DNA of 64,000 nt from an uncultured Clostridia bacterium (GTDB lineage: Bacteria; Bacillota; Clostridia; Oscillospirales; Butyricicoccaceae), in assembly GCA_910586575.1 (NCBI GenBank), contig CAJUJQ010000001.1, forward strand, positions 11,947 to 75,946, given 5' to 3'. The notes below the pieces were generated by a model. It ran no database searches and was not told where the DNA came from. It worked only from the letters and a program-made list of their open reading frames with translations. Shown piece by piece: positions 53,824 to 62,308 of this stretch; within the stretch, counting starts at the first letter, position 1, and each line of letters begins with the position of its first letter. The position numbers and the translations under genes are program-made.

Positions 53824-55314
53824 ATGCAACTGCAAGCAACCATCTGGACGCTGCTGCCGCCAATCATCGCGATTGCGCTGGCGCTGATCACCAAAGAGGT
53901 TTACTCCTCGCTGCTGATTGGCATCCTGTCAGGCGCGCTGCTTTATACCAGCTTTTCGCCACTGGCAGCGGTGGAAACCACCTTCGCCATCATGGGCGGC
54001 AAAATCGGCGGCAATGCCAATATCCTGATATTCCTGGTGCTGCTGGGCATCCTGGTCTCGCTGGTCACCAAGTCGGGCGCATCGCGCGCTTACGGCGAGT
54101 GGGCAAGCCGCCGGATTACCAGCCGCCGCGGCGCGCTGCTGGCAACCTCGGCGCTGGGCGCGCTGATTTTCGTGGATGACTATTTCAACTGCCTGACGGT
54201 CGGCACGGTCATGCGCCCGGTCACCGACAAATACAAGGTTTCCCGCGCCAAGCTCGCCTATATCATCGACGCGACGGCGGCGCCGGTCTGCATCATCGCG
54301 CCAATTTCCAGCTGGGCGGCGGCGGTCGGCTCCTCCATGCCGGAGGGCGCGAATATTGACGGCTTCAGCCTGTTCCTGCGCACCATCCCATATAATTTCT
54401 ACGCGCTGCTGACGCTGGCATTCATCATCTGGCTGATGGTCTGGGACAAGGATATCTTCTCAATGAAGCACTATCAGGACAAGCTCGGCGGCAAATCGGA
54501 CAGCATCAACACCGAAAGCTACGTGGTCGGCGGCATGGGCAAGGTCAAGGATTTGGTCGTGCCGATCCTGGTGCTGATTGTCTCCTGTATCGCCGCGATG
54601 ATGTACACCGGCGGCATTTTGGAGGGCAGCGGCATTGTCGATGCCTTCGCGAACTGTGATTCCTCAGCGTCGCTGGTGCTTGGCTCCTTCTTCACGCTGG
54701 TATTTACTTTTATCATGTATGTGCCGCGCGGTATCCTGACCTTTGGGCAGTTCTGCGAGTCCTTCACCGAAGGCTTCAAAGCGATGGTACCCGCCATTAT
54801 GATTCTCTGCCTGGCGTGGACGCTGTCGGGCGTCTGCTCCGCGGATTACCTGAACATCGGCGGCTATGTTGATTCCATCGTGCGCGGCAACGCAACGATT
54901 ATCATGCTGATGCCCGCGATTTTCTTCGTGGTGGCGCTCGGCCTCGCCTTTGCAACCGGCACTTCCTGGGGCACCTTCGGTATCCTCATCCCGATTGCGG
55001 TCATCGTATTCCAGAACCAGGTCAGTGAGCTGCTGGTTGTCACGGTGGCGGCCTGCCTGGCGGGCGCGGTCTGCGGCGACCATATTTCCCCGATTTCAGA
55101 TACCACGATCCTGGCTTCCGCAGGCGCACAGTGCAACCATATTGACCATGTTTCCACCCAGATTCCCTATGCGCTGTCGGTTGCCGCGATGTGCTTTGTG
55201 TCCTATCTGGTCGCAGGCGTTTCGGGCAGCGGCTGGATCGGTCTGGCAACGGGCGCCGTACTGCTGGTGATCTTCGCCGCCGTCATGATGGCACGCGAGA
55301 AAAAAGCATCTTAA
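53824..55314 (+). CDS. Na+/H+ antiporter NhaC-family transporter
   Basis: 496 aa polytopic membrane protein. FVDDYFNCLTVGTVMRP...YIIDATAAPVCIIAPISSW is typical of the NhaC family. Confidence 0.8.
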   Translation: MQLQATIWTLLPPIIAIALALITKEVYSSLLIGILSGALLYTSFSPLAAVETTFAIMGGKIGGNANILIFLVLLGILVSLVTKSGASRAYGEWASRRITSRRGALLATSALGALIFVDDYFNCLTVGTVMRPVTDKYKVSRAKLAYIIDATAAPVCIIAPISSWAAAVGSSMPEGANIDGFSLFLRTIPYNFYALLTLAFIIWLMVWDKDIFSMKHYQDKLGGKSDSINTESYVVGGMGKVKDLVVPILVLIVSCIAAMMYTGGILEGSGIVDAFANCDSSASLVLGSFFTLVFTFIMYVPRGILTFGQFCESFTEGFKAMVPAIMILCLAWTLSGVCSADYLNIGGYVDSIVRGNATIIMLMPAIFFVVALGLAFATGTSWGTFGILIPIAVIVFQNQVSELLVVTVAACLAGAVCGDHISPISDTTILASAGAQCNHIDHVSTQIPYALSVAAMCFVSYLVAGVSGSGWIGLATGAVLLVIFAAVMMAREKKAS

Positions 55315-55350
55315 CCCCTGCGAAAACAAGGCAGACAATTCCATCAGAAA

Positions 55351-55413
55351 CGCTCCCTGCGGCGCAGTCCCTGAATGAAACAATTCAGAAGACACGCCGC
55401 AGGGAGTGTTTTT
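55351..55413 (+). terminator. Intrinsic terminator after the nhaC-like gene
   Basis: 14-bp stem CGCTCCCTGCGGCG / CGCCGCAGGGAGTG with one mismatch and an inner hairpin, followed by TTTTT. Confidence 0.7.
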
Positions 55414-55646
55414 ATAACGCCGCATTTCATAATATTGGCAGGGGAGTAGCTTGACCCTCCCGCTGCTTAGGAACCGGCGCCGTTTTCAACCACAAGCAGC
55501 CGGGCACATCAAAAAAGCCGCCTCCCGCGAAGCTCACAAGAACCCCGCTGAAAGCAGCCTTTTTGAAAAACAAAAGGAAGAAAGTTCAAAAACAATCTTA
55601 GAAGGGAAAAACAAAAGAGGAAAAAGGGAATGTGTGTGGTGTACAG

Positions 55647-56153
55647 TCAGCGATAGCCGTCGGCCCAAAGCGGTGTGCTGGCCGCCAAGGACTTCTGTAC
55701 ATCCAGCACACGCTGGTTGGCGCTTCCGCGGAAGCGAAGCGCCAGGCTCTTCTGAGCCAGCTCGAACCGGCCGTCAACCACCAGGTCAAGCAGTGCAAGC
55801 AACGCCCGCATTTCTTCGCTGCCCTGAAGCAGCTCTTCAAAGGCATAGCCGGTGAAAGCCATCAGGTGTTTGCCATCCGCCTTCAAAGCCTGTGCCAGCG
55901 GCAGCAGTGCCCCGGCCTGTGCAAATGGCTCGCCGCCCGAAAAGGTCACGCCCGATACCAGCGGATTCCGCCGGATGTCTGCCAGCAGCGTCCCGATTCC
56001 GACCTCATGCCCCCCAGCAAAGTCGTGTGTCTCGGGGTTCTGGCAGCCCGGACAGTGGTGCGGGCAGCCCTGTGTGAAAATAACATATCGGATACCCGGC
56101 CCGTCAACAATCGATTCCCCGACTGTCCCTGCCAGGCGCAGTGCCTGTCCCAT
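55647..56153 (-). CDS. nrdG: Anaerobic ribonucleoside-triphosphate reductase activating protein (radical SAM)
   Basis: 168 aa. SIVDGPGIRYVIFTQGCPHHCPGCQNPETH ... VTFSGGEP. Confidence 0.9.
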   Translation of the reverse strand: MGQALRLAGTVGESIVDGPGIRYVIFTQGCPHHCPGCQNPETHDFAGGHEVGIGTLLADIRRNPLVSGVTFSGGEPFAQAGALLPLAQALKADGKHLMAFTGYAFEELLQGSEEMRALLALLDLVVDGRFELAQKSLALRFRGSANQRVLDVQKSLAASTPLWADGYR

Positions 56154-56155
56154 GC

Positions 56156-56350
56156 TTACGCGCTCTGGCTGTCAGACATGGAGCAGCAGGAGACGTTATG
56201 CTTGACGCGGTCGCGCTCCTCGGCGCGTTTGCCGTCGTTGAAGCGGTCGAGCGTGCCGACCAGATAGCCGGTGATGCGGCGGATGCGCTCAAAGCCGACG
56301 CCCTCGCCAATCAATTCGGTATCCATTTCGGTTACATGATTATCTTTCAT
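56156..56350 (-). CDS. Stand-alone glycyl-radical domain of class III RNR (C-terminal NrdD fragment, 64 aa)
   Basis: FERIRRITGYLVGTLDRFNDGKRAEERDRVKH matches the canonical NrdD C-terminus (RRxxGYL...FNxGKxxE..RVKH). Own SD AAAAAGGAG-N9-ATG. Lies between the nrdD large ORF and nrdG. Confidence 0.8.
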   Translation of the reverse strand: MKDNHVTEMDTELIGEGVGFERIRRITGYLVGTLDRFNDGKRAEERDRVKHNVSCCSMSDSQSA

Positions 56351-56417
56351 AATGGCATTCTCCTTTTTATCCGTCTCCCATGGGACAGCAAATATGTATT
56401 TCTATGATAAAACCTGT

Positions 56418-58736
56418 TTAGACCTTGTTCGGGTGACGGTCCTTTTCCTCAAAGGGGTCACCGTGGTAACCGATGGTGCCTGCATTCAGGTTTTTATACA
56501 GGCCCAGTTTTTTCAGCTTGGCGATGCTGACGCCCTCACCCTCACGGCGGCCGCAGCGCGGGCAGACGTCGCCGATAATGCCGGTATACCCGCAGACCGG
56601 GTCACGATCCACCGGATGGTTAATCGAGCCGTAGCCGACGCCGCATTCCTTCATGTAGCGCACCACCTGCTCGAAAGCTTCCAGGTTCTGCGTCGGGTCG
56701 CCGTCCAGCTCGATATAGCTGATGTGCCCGCCGTTGGTCAGCTCGTGATACGGCGCTTCCAGCCGGATTTTCTCAAACGCGGAAATCGGGAAGTACACCG
56801 GGATATGGAACGAGTTGGTGTAATAATCCCGGTCTGTCACGCCTTCCAGAATGCCGTACTTTTCCTTATCCAGCCGTACGAAGCGTCCGGACAGCCCCTC
56901 CGCCGGGGTCGCAATGACTGAAAAATTGAGTTTGTGCTTTTGGCTCTCCTCATCCATGCGATCGCGCATGTGCTTGACGATCTCCAGGCCGAGGTTCTGG
57001 GCCTCCGGGCTTTCGCCATGGTGCCTGCCGGTCAGCGCTTTCAGGCATTCGGCAAGGCCGATAAAGCCCACTGTCAGCGTGCCGTGCCTGAGCACGTCGC
57101 CGACCTTGTCGTCCGGGCCAAGCTTTTCCGAGTCAATCCAGATGCCCTCCCCCATCAGGAAGGGGTAATTGCGCACCTTTTTGTCCGCCTGGATGGCGAA
57201 GCGCGCCAGCAGCTGGTCGATAACCAGGTCAAGCTTCCGGTCGAGGTCCTCAAAGAAGAAATCAATGTCCCCATGGCTGCGGATGGCAATCCTTGGGAGA
57301 TTGATGGAGGTAAAACTTAAATTGCCGCGCCCCGTGACGATCTCCCGGGTGGGGTCATAGGCATTGCCTATGACGCGGGTGCGGCAGCCCATATAGGCGC
57401 ATTCGGTTTCCGGATGGCCGGGGCGGTAATATTTCAAGTTAAACGGCGCGTCCAAGAACGAGAAGTTCGGGAACAGGCGCTTTGCCGAAACGCGGCAGGC
57501 CAGCTTGAACAGGTCGTAATTGGGGTCGCCGGGATTATAGTTAACGCCTTCCTTCACCTTGAAGATGTGGATCGGGAAGATCGAGGTTTCGCCGTTGCCC
57601 AGGCCCTCCTCGGTCGCGATGAGCACGCATTCGGTGACCATGCGCCCTTCGGGGGTCGTATCGGTGCCGTAGTTGATGGAGGTAAACGGCACCTGCGCAC
57701 CGGCGCGGGAGTGCATGGTATTCAGGTTATGTACCAGCGCCTCCATGGCCTGGTGGGTTGCGTGGTATGTCTCGCGGACAGTGTGCTTCCGGGTGAACGC
57801 GGCGATTTTTTTTGCGGGCGCGGAATCATACTGCTCCGCAAGTAGGCGGACAATTTCCGCGTCAAAGCCGTTGGCATCCGACAGGCAGGGCCAGGAGCCG
57901 AGCGCCTCCTCTGCCCGGCAGGCCAGCTGGCGGCCGGTTTCCAAGCCGTCCTCCCGTTCGCAGTAGATTTCGATTGCCTTGCCGAGGTTGTCCCGGTAAA
58001 GCGAGCGGAAGGTCTTGGCGACGCCGGGTGCCAGCGAATAGTCAAAGTTCGGGACCGACTGCCCGCCGTGCTGGTCGTTCTGGTTGGACTGCATCGCGAT
58101 GCACGCCAGCGCGGAATACGAGCGGATGTCGTTCGGCTCACGGACGTGCCCGTGGCCGGTAGAGAACCCGCCGTGGAACAGCTTGACGAGGTCAATCTGG
58201 CAGCAGGTCGTTGTCAGCGTCAGGAAATCCAGGTCGTGGATATGGATATCGCCCTCACGGTGGGCTTTGGAGAATTTCGGGTCCAGGATGAACATCTCGC
58301 AGAACTGCTTCGCGCCCTCGGAACCGTACTTGAGCATGGTGCCCATGGCAGTGTCGCCGTCGATATTGGCGTTCTCTCTTTTGATGTCGTTTTCCAGCGA
58401 GGACTGGAAGGTTAAATCCTCATAAACCTTCATCAGACGGGTGTTCATCTCGCGGGTGCGGGTGCGCTCGTTGCGGTAAAGGATGTACTTCTTTGCCGTG
58501 CGCGCGTGCCCGTTTTCAATCAAGGTCTTTTCCACTACATCTTGTACATGCTCGACCGTCGGCGTCGTGGTTTCGGGGTCGGCATCGAGCGTTTCCCGCA
58601 CCAGCTCCGCGAGGTGACGCGCCATCTGGTAGTCCCGCCCGCCGGTGGCCTGCGCCGCGCGGAAGATCGCGCTTGCAATTTTTTCAATTTCAAAGGGGAC
58701 GCTTCTGCCGTCTCTTTTAATAATTCCGTCAACCAT
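56418..58736 (-). CDS. nrdD: Anaerobic ribonucleoside-triphosphate reductase NrdD, large fragment (ATP-cone + barrel + Zn ribbon; lacks canonical glycyl-radical tail)
   Basis: 772 aa. ATP-cone (IIKRDGRSVPFEIEKI...KKYILYR), the class III core and the Zn ribbon PVCGYTGIIGDVCPRCG. It terminates 36 codons later. Confidence 0.9.
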   Translation of the reverse strand: MVDGIIKRDGRSVPFEIEKIASAIFRAAQATGGRDYQMARHLAELVRETLDADPETTTPTVEHVQDVVEKTLIENGHARTAKKYILYRNERTRTREMNTRLMKVYEDLTFQSSLENDIKRENANIDGDTAMGTMLKYGSEGAKQFCEMFILDPKFSKAHREGDIHIHDLDFLTLTTTCCQIDLVKLFHGGFSTGHGHVREPNDIRSYSALACIAMQSNQNDQHGGQSVPNFDYSLAPGVAKTFRSLYRDNLGKAIEIYCEREDGLETGRQLACRAEEALGSWPCLSDANGFDAEIVRLLAEQYDSAPAKKIAAFTRKHTVRETYHATHQAMEALVHNLNTMHSRAGAQVPFTSINYGTDTTPEGRMVTECVLIATEEGLGNGETSIFPIHIFKVKEGVNYNPGDPNYDLFKLACRVSAKRLFPNFSFLDAPFNLKYYRPGHPETECAYMGCRTRVIGNAYDPTREIVTGRGNLSFTSINLPRIAIRSHGDIDFFFEDLDRKLDLVIDQLLARFAIQADKKVRNYPFLMGEGIWIDSEKLGPDDKVGDVLRHGTLTVGFIGLAECLKALTGRHHGESPEAQNLGLEIVKHMRDRMDEESQKHKLNFSVIATPAEGLSGRFVRLDKEKYGILEGVTDRDYYTNSFHIPVYFPISAFEKIRLEAPYHELTNGGHISYIELDGDPTQNLEAFEQVVRYMKECGVGYGSINHPVDRDPVCGYTGIIGDVCPRCGRREGEGVSIAKLKKLGLYKNLNAGTIGYHGDPFEEKDRHPNKV

Positions 58737-58806
58737 TCAGGATGTCGCCTCCGTGGGGATATTACTCATTGTATACCAGGTGTAGGGAGCCTTGTGTTCC
58801 GGCGGC

Positions 58807-58822
58807 TCACTATATCTTGTGC
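58807..58822. promoter_or_regulatory. NrdR-box-like palindrome 1
   Basis: TCACTATATCTTGTGC matches about 13/16 positions of the acaCwAtATaTwGtgt consensus. It lies just downstream of the nrdD -10 element. Confidence 0.55.
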
Positions 58823-58833
58823 CGGTGATTCTC

Positions 58834-58861
58834 ATTATACCACATTCCTTCGTACTGTCAA
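58834..58861 (-). promoter_or_regulatory. Candidate sigma-A promoter of nrdD (extended -10)
   Basis: Minus strand reads TTGACA (58856-58861), 16 nt spacer, TATAAT (58834-58839), with a TGG extended -10 (TGGTATAAT). Confidence 0.6.
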
Positions 58862-58932
58862 GTGGGAAAATGCATTTTTCCGCAAATCAGGGAAATTTTC
58901 CGGGTCGAGATTTTTTGACATTTTGATAACTC

Positions 58933-59014
58933 TGTGGATAACCTGTTGACAGCCTGTGGAATCCCTTCCCGGTGTGGACAGAACTGGGGATAAGGTGTGA
59001 ATGCCTGTGGACAG
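58933..59014 (+). promoter_or_regulatory. DnaA-box-like cluster upstream of nrdD (1 perfect + 4 degenerate)
   Basis: TGTGGATAA at 58933-58941 (perfect). TGGGGATAA at 58985-58993 (1 mismatch). TGTGGACAG at 58973-58981 and 59006-59014 (2 mismatches). TGTGGAATC at 58955-58963 (3 mismatches). All in the same orientation. Confidence 0.45.
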
Positions 59015-59114
59015 GCCGCGCGCGGGAAATTTTGCGCGGCAGCTGAAAAATTTCCCGCAGCGGCGGGCGCGTGCCCGGTGTGTCCCGCCGCCGTCCGCAC
59101 TGCCAGGGCTGGCA

Positions 59115-59130
59115 ACACTATATCTTGTGG
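59115..59130. promoter_or_regulatory. NrdR-box-like palindrome 2
   Basis: ACACTATATCTTGTGG matches about 14/16 of the consensus. It shares an identical 14-nt core (CACTATATCTTGTG) with box 1, 308 bp away. Confidence 0.5.
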
Positions 59131-59244
59131 TGGCCCTGCGGGCGCTGATTACGTCCGGTTTTCCCGCGCAGCCGGGCAAACACGCCCTTAACGCCAAGCG
59201 CACAGCTTCTAAAACCGTTCCCTTATAACACTTGCTTTCAAGGC

Positions 59245-59272
59245 AAAGAAAAGCCAGCCCTCTCAGGCTGGC
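59245..59272 (-). terminator. Intrinsic terminator after the ycxB-like gene
   Basis: GCCAGCC-N6-GGCTGGC stem. On the minus strand it is followed by TTTTCTTTG. Confidence 0.55.
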
Positions 59273-59299
59273 GAATAAACACAGGCTGCCGCCCTCCGC

Positions 59300-59836
59300 T
59301 CAAAGGACGGTTAATTTCCCCTCCCCCAGGCGCGCCCCGAGGTAAGCCCACAGGGCGTCCCCGTTCGGCTTCGCATCCTTGAGGGGCAAAATGAGCGCGC
59401 TGCCCGGCGCGACGTACAAATACACCGCCTCATCCGCGCGGTATGCCTGCTCGGCGGCCTCCCAGCGGAAGCGCTGGTCCACCGCGCCTTTCGCGGCCAT
59501 GACGATGCCGTCCGGCGCGTCGCTGAGCAGCACGGTATAAAACAGGCGCGGCTTGTCCAGCTTGAGCTTTTTCTGCTGCGTGCGCACCGTCTTAAAGAAC
59601 ATGCCAAAATACGCCATCGGAAGCCCCAGCCCGATCACCAGCAGCACCACCCCCAGCAGGTCGGCCTGCTTCCGGATGCCGCGCATCGCGAAGCACAGCA
59701 GCGAAAACACCAGGAACGCCGCCGCAAATTGCAGCGGCCTTTTCCAGATTTTCCGATACCGGAAATTGTCAAACATCGCGAAATCGCGGAAGGTTTTGTC
59801 GTCCATCATCACATCAATTTTCATGGTTTGCTGCAC
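59300..59836 (-). CDS. YcxB-like membrane protein
   Basis: 178 aa with two central TM helices and a C-terminal bPH-like part. FRDFAMFDNFRYRK... resembles the YcxB family as I recall it. Confidence 0.5.
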   Translation of the reverse strand: MQQTMKIDVMMDDKTFRDFAMFDNFRYRKIWKRPLQFAAAFLVFSLLCFAMRGIRKQADLLGVVLLVIGLGLPMAYFGMFFKTVRTQQKKLKLDKPRLFYTVLLSDAPDGIVMAAKGAVDQRFRWEAAEQAYRADEAVYLYVAPGSALILPLKDAKPNGDALWAYLGARLGEGKLTVL

Positions 59837-59849
59837 TTTAAGTTCCTCC

Positions 59850-60839
59850 TCATTCGCCGATCGCCAGGATTTCGGCGATCAAATCGGAATATTCTTCTGC
59901 GTATACCTCATAGACCGGGCTGCATGCCGCGCGGAAGCGCTCCCGCTCGGCCTCGCTCAGCGCGGTTACGGTTACGCCGCTGTCGATGCACTTCTGCCTT
60001 GCGTCCTGCTCGCGCTCGTTCCAGAGCTGCCGCTCGTACCGCGCCGATTCCCGCGCGCATTCGTGGATGGTTTGCACATATTCCGCAGGCAGCTCCGCCG
60101 CCGTTACGGCGGACAGGATCTGTACCTCGGGAATCCGGACATGCCCATCCAGCAGCACATAGGGCGCAACCCGGTAATGCTGTGTCGCTTCATAGGACGG
60201 CCAGTTGTTTTCCGCGCCGTCCACCGCGCCGGTAGACAGGCTGGAATAGACCTCGTTGTAGGGGATGGATTTGGGCGCCGCCCCCAGCGCCCGCACAACG
60301 TCCGACATATAGTCGGTCTCCTGCACCCGAATCACCATGCCGCGCAAATCATCCAGCGTCGTAATCCGCTCGCGGGTATAAAAATTGCGCACGCCCGCGT
60401 CATACCACGACAGGCCTTCCAGTCCGATTGACGCCAGCCCGTCAAGGAAACGGTCGCCGATTTCGCCGTCCAGCACCTCCCACATATGCCGGTTGTCCCG
60501 GTAAAGGTAGGGCATCGTCAGCACCGACAGCTCCCCGGCATGGGTCACCAGCTGCGCAATCGACACCCGCGCCAAATCAATCCCCCCGAACTGCACCTGA
60601 CGGATGACCGCGCTTTCATTCCCCAGCACACCGTCCGCGCAGACCGTGATTTTCACCGCGCCGTCCGTCCGCTCCGACACCAGCTCCGCGAAGTAATAGG
60701 CGCTTTGCGTCGTCGGGTAGTCCTCCGGCTGGTTCTCTGCGTAGCGCAGCAGCCATTCCGGCTCGTTCGTGCCGCCGCCCCGCAGCAGCAGCACCGCCAT
60801 CCCCGCCGCCGCCAGCGGCAGCAGCCATCTCCGTTTCAT
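59850..60839 (-). CDS. TRAP-type (DctP family) solute-binding protein, no DctQM partner in window
   Basis: 329 aa with a signal peptide. YAENQPEDYPTTQSAYYFAELVSERTDGAVKITVCADGVLGNESAVIRQVQFGGIDLARVS is a typical DctP-family N-lobe. The ATG overlaps the response-regulator stop (ATGA). Confidence 0.8.
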   Translation of the reverse strand: MKRRWLLPLAAAGMAVLLLRGGGTNEPEWLLRYAENQPEDYPTTQSAYYFAELVSERTDGAVKITVCADGVLGNESAVIRQVQFGGIDLARVSIAQLVTHAGELSVLTMPYLYRDNRHMWEVLDGEIGDRFLDGLASIGLEGLSWYDAGVRNFYTRERITTLDDLRGMVIRVQETDYMSDVVRALGAAPKSIPYNEVYSSLSTGAVDGAENNWPSYEATQHYRVAPYVLLDGHVRIPEVQILSAVTAAELPAEYVQTIHECARESARYERQLWNEREQDARQKCIDSGVTVTALSEAERERFRAACSPVYEVYAEEYSDLIAEILAIGE

Positions 60840-62308
60840 CCCTTTGCCCTCACCGCTTCCTGATATTCACTCGGCGTCTGCCCGGTCAGGCGGCGGAAGG
60901 TGCTGGAAAAGTACGCGCCATCCCGGAAGCCAGTGCGCGACGCAACCTCCCGGATGCCCAGCTTTTCCTTTTCCAGCAGGCGCTTGGCCTCCTCAATCCG
61001 CAGGCCGGTCAGATAGGTGACAAAATTCATGCCGAACAGACGCTTGAACAGCTTGCTGAAATAGGTGCGCGAGTAGCCCAGCGCACCCGAGATGCTTTCC
61101 AGTGTCACCTCCTCGGCGTAGTGCCGGAGCAGGTATTCCTTAATCCGCGCTTCGGTATCGTCGTCGCGCAGCGCGGGCTGGGGCTGTCCGGCAGGCTCCG
61201 CCAGTCCGGCGCACAGCTCCTGCGCGGCTTCGGACAACCCGTCCAGGCTGGTGCACTCCATCACCCGCGTGCGCGCCGCAGGAGGCACGCTGCCCGCCGC
61301 TTCCTCCATCCGCGCCAGCAGGTGCCGCTGACAGACGGGCAGGCTGAACCGCTGGAGCGTGAAATAATCGAACAGCAGCCGCACCCCGTCCGCGTCCAGC
61401 CGGAAGGCGGGCGGCTGCCCCAGTGCGAACGCCTCCGCGCCGTTCTCGCGCAGCCAGCAAACCGCGCCGTCCTCCCCTGGCAGCGCGGCATAGCAGCCGA
61501 AGCACGCCCCGGACGCGCGGTGCAGGCTGTGGAACGTATCGCTGACCGCGGCGGAAAGCCCGGCATGCATCAGTCGGCTGACCTTGCTGCAAAGGGCGGA
61601 AAGCCGGTCATACACAATCGCGGAAACGTCCTCCTCCAGCGCCGAAAACACCAGCAAAAAGATATATTCCGCGCGCACGCGCACCAAAATACGCAGGCGG
61701 GTTTCCCACTGCGCCCCGCGCACCAGCCCGGCGGCACGCCGCACGGAAAAGCCCTGCGGGCAGCGCATCACCGCGAACGCGCCGCTGGCTGTGCTCCCGG
61801 CAAGCGCCTCCTCGATTTCGCTGTCGAGCGCGCCGCTTGCCACGTCGAGCAGGGTGCGCTCATCCACCAGGTCGCTCAGGCGCGCGCGCTCGGCCTGGGC
61901 TTCGGTCAGCTGCTCCCGGGCCTGCTCAAGCAGCTTGAGGCGGCTTGCCGCCTTCTGTACCGCCGCGATCAGCCCGGTCTGGCTGAATGGCTTGAGCAGG
62001 TAATCGACCGCGCCCAGGTCAAGCGCTTCACGCATAAAAGCAAAGTCGCTGTAGGCGGTCAAAAAGATAATCTGGCAGTTTTCCCATTGGGCGCGCAGCC
62101 GCCGGGCGGCCTGTACGCCGTCCAGCACCGGCATCACCAAATCCAGGAACACCATATCCAGCCGGGGCAGGTCGCGCGCCTGCTCTACGGCGCGCTGCCC
62201 GTTTTCGGCCAGCACCAGCCGCGCGTCCGGCAGGATGGCGCGCAGGTTTTCGGCAATCGCGTTGCGGGTGACAGTCTCGTCCTCCGCAATCAGGATATGA
62301 TAGCTCAT
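60836..62308 (-). CDS. Two-component response regulator, REC + AraC-type HTH (YesN-like)
   Basis: MSYHILIAEDETVTRNAI...DMVFLDLVMPVLDG...DYLLKPF, and a C-terminal AraC HTH (LESISGALGYSRTYFSKLFKRLFGMNFVTYLTGLRIEEAKRLL). The start is set at ATG 62308 behind AGGAGG and overlaps the kinase stop (ATGA). The ORF track's N-terminal 131 aa is an Arg-rich artefact. Confidence 0.9.
   Translation of the reverse strand: MSYHILIAEDETVTRNAIAENLRAILPDARLVLAENGQRAVEQARDLPRLDMVFLDLVMPVLDGVQAARRLRAQWENCQIIFLTAYSDFAFMREALDLGAVDYLLKPFSQTGLIAAVQKAASRLKLLEQAREQLTEAQAERARLSDLVDERTLLDVASGALDSEIEEALAGSTASGAFAVMRCPQGFSVRRAAGLVRGAQWETRLRILVRVRAEYIFLLVFSALEEDVSAIVYDRLSALCSKVSRLMHAGLSAAVSDTFHSLHRASGACFGCYAALPGEDGAVCWLRENGAEAFALGQPPAFRLDADGVRLLFDYFTLQRFSLPVCQRHLLARMEEAAGSVPPAARTRVMECTSLDGLSEAAQELCAGLAEPAGQPQPALRDDDTEARIKEYLLRHYAEEVTLESISGALGYSRTYFSKLFKRLFGMNFVTYLTGLRIEEAKRLLEKEKLGIREVASRTGFRDGAYFSSTFRRLTGQTPSEYQEAVRAKG

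Noticed and set aside
55437-55560. Possible yybP-ykoY (Mn2+) riboswitch: GGGGAGTAG at 55441-55449, a strong stem CCCGCTGCTT/AAGCAGC(C)GGG, and a 3' CACAAGAACCCC resembling the conserved AGCAAGACC. It lies 2 kb downstream of mntP.
   Set aside because: No plus-strand gene follows it; it lies between the nhaC terminator and the 3' end of the convergent nrdG. The P2/P4 helices of the four-way junction cannot be drawn convincingly. A single 9-mer match in 128 kb of two-strand sequence is not improbable. A covariance-model scan (Rfam RF00080) would settle it.
56297-56528. Idea that the 232-nt segment interrupting nrdD is a self-splicing group I intron (precedent: phage T4 nrdD/sunY).
   Set aside because: The junction lies within a direct repeat, so the last exon-1 base and the last intron base are the same nucleotide at every possible junction but one (T versus C). 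The canonical U (5' exon end) and G (intron 3' end) therefore cannot both be satisfied. I could draw no P1-P9 core in 232 nt, and it is far too short for a group II intron. cDNA sequencing is still worthwhile.
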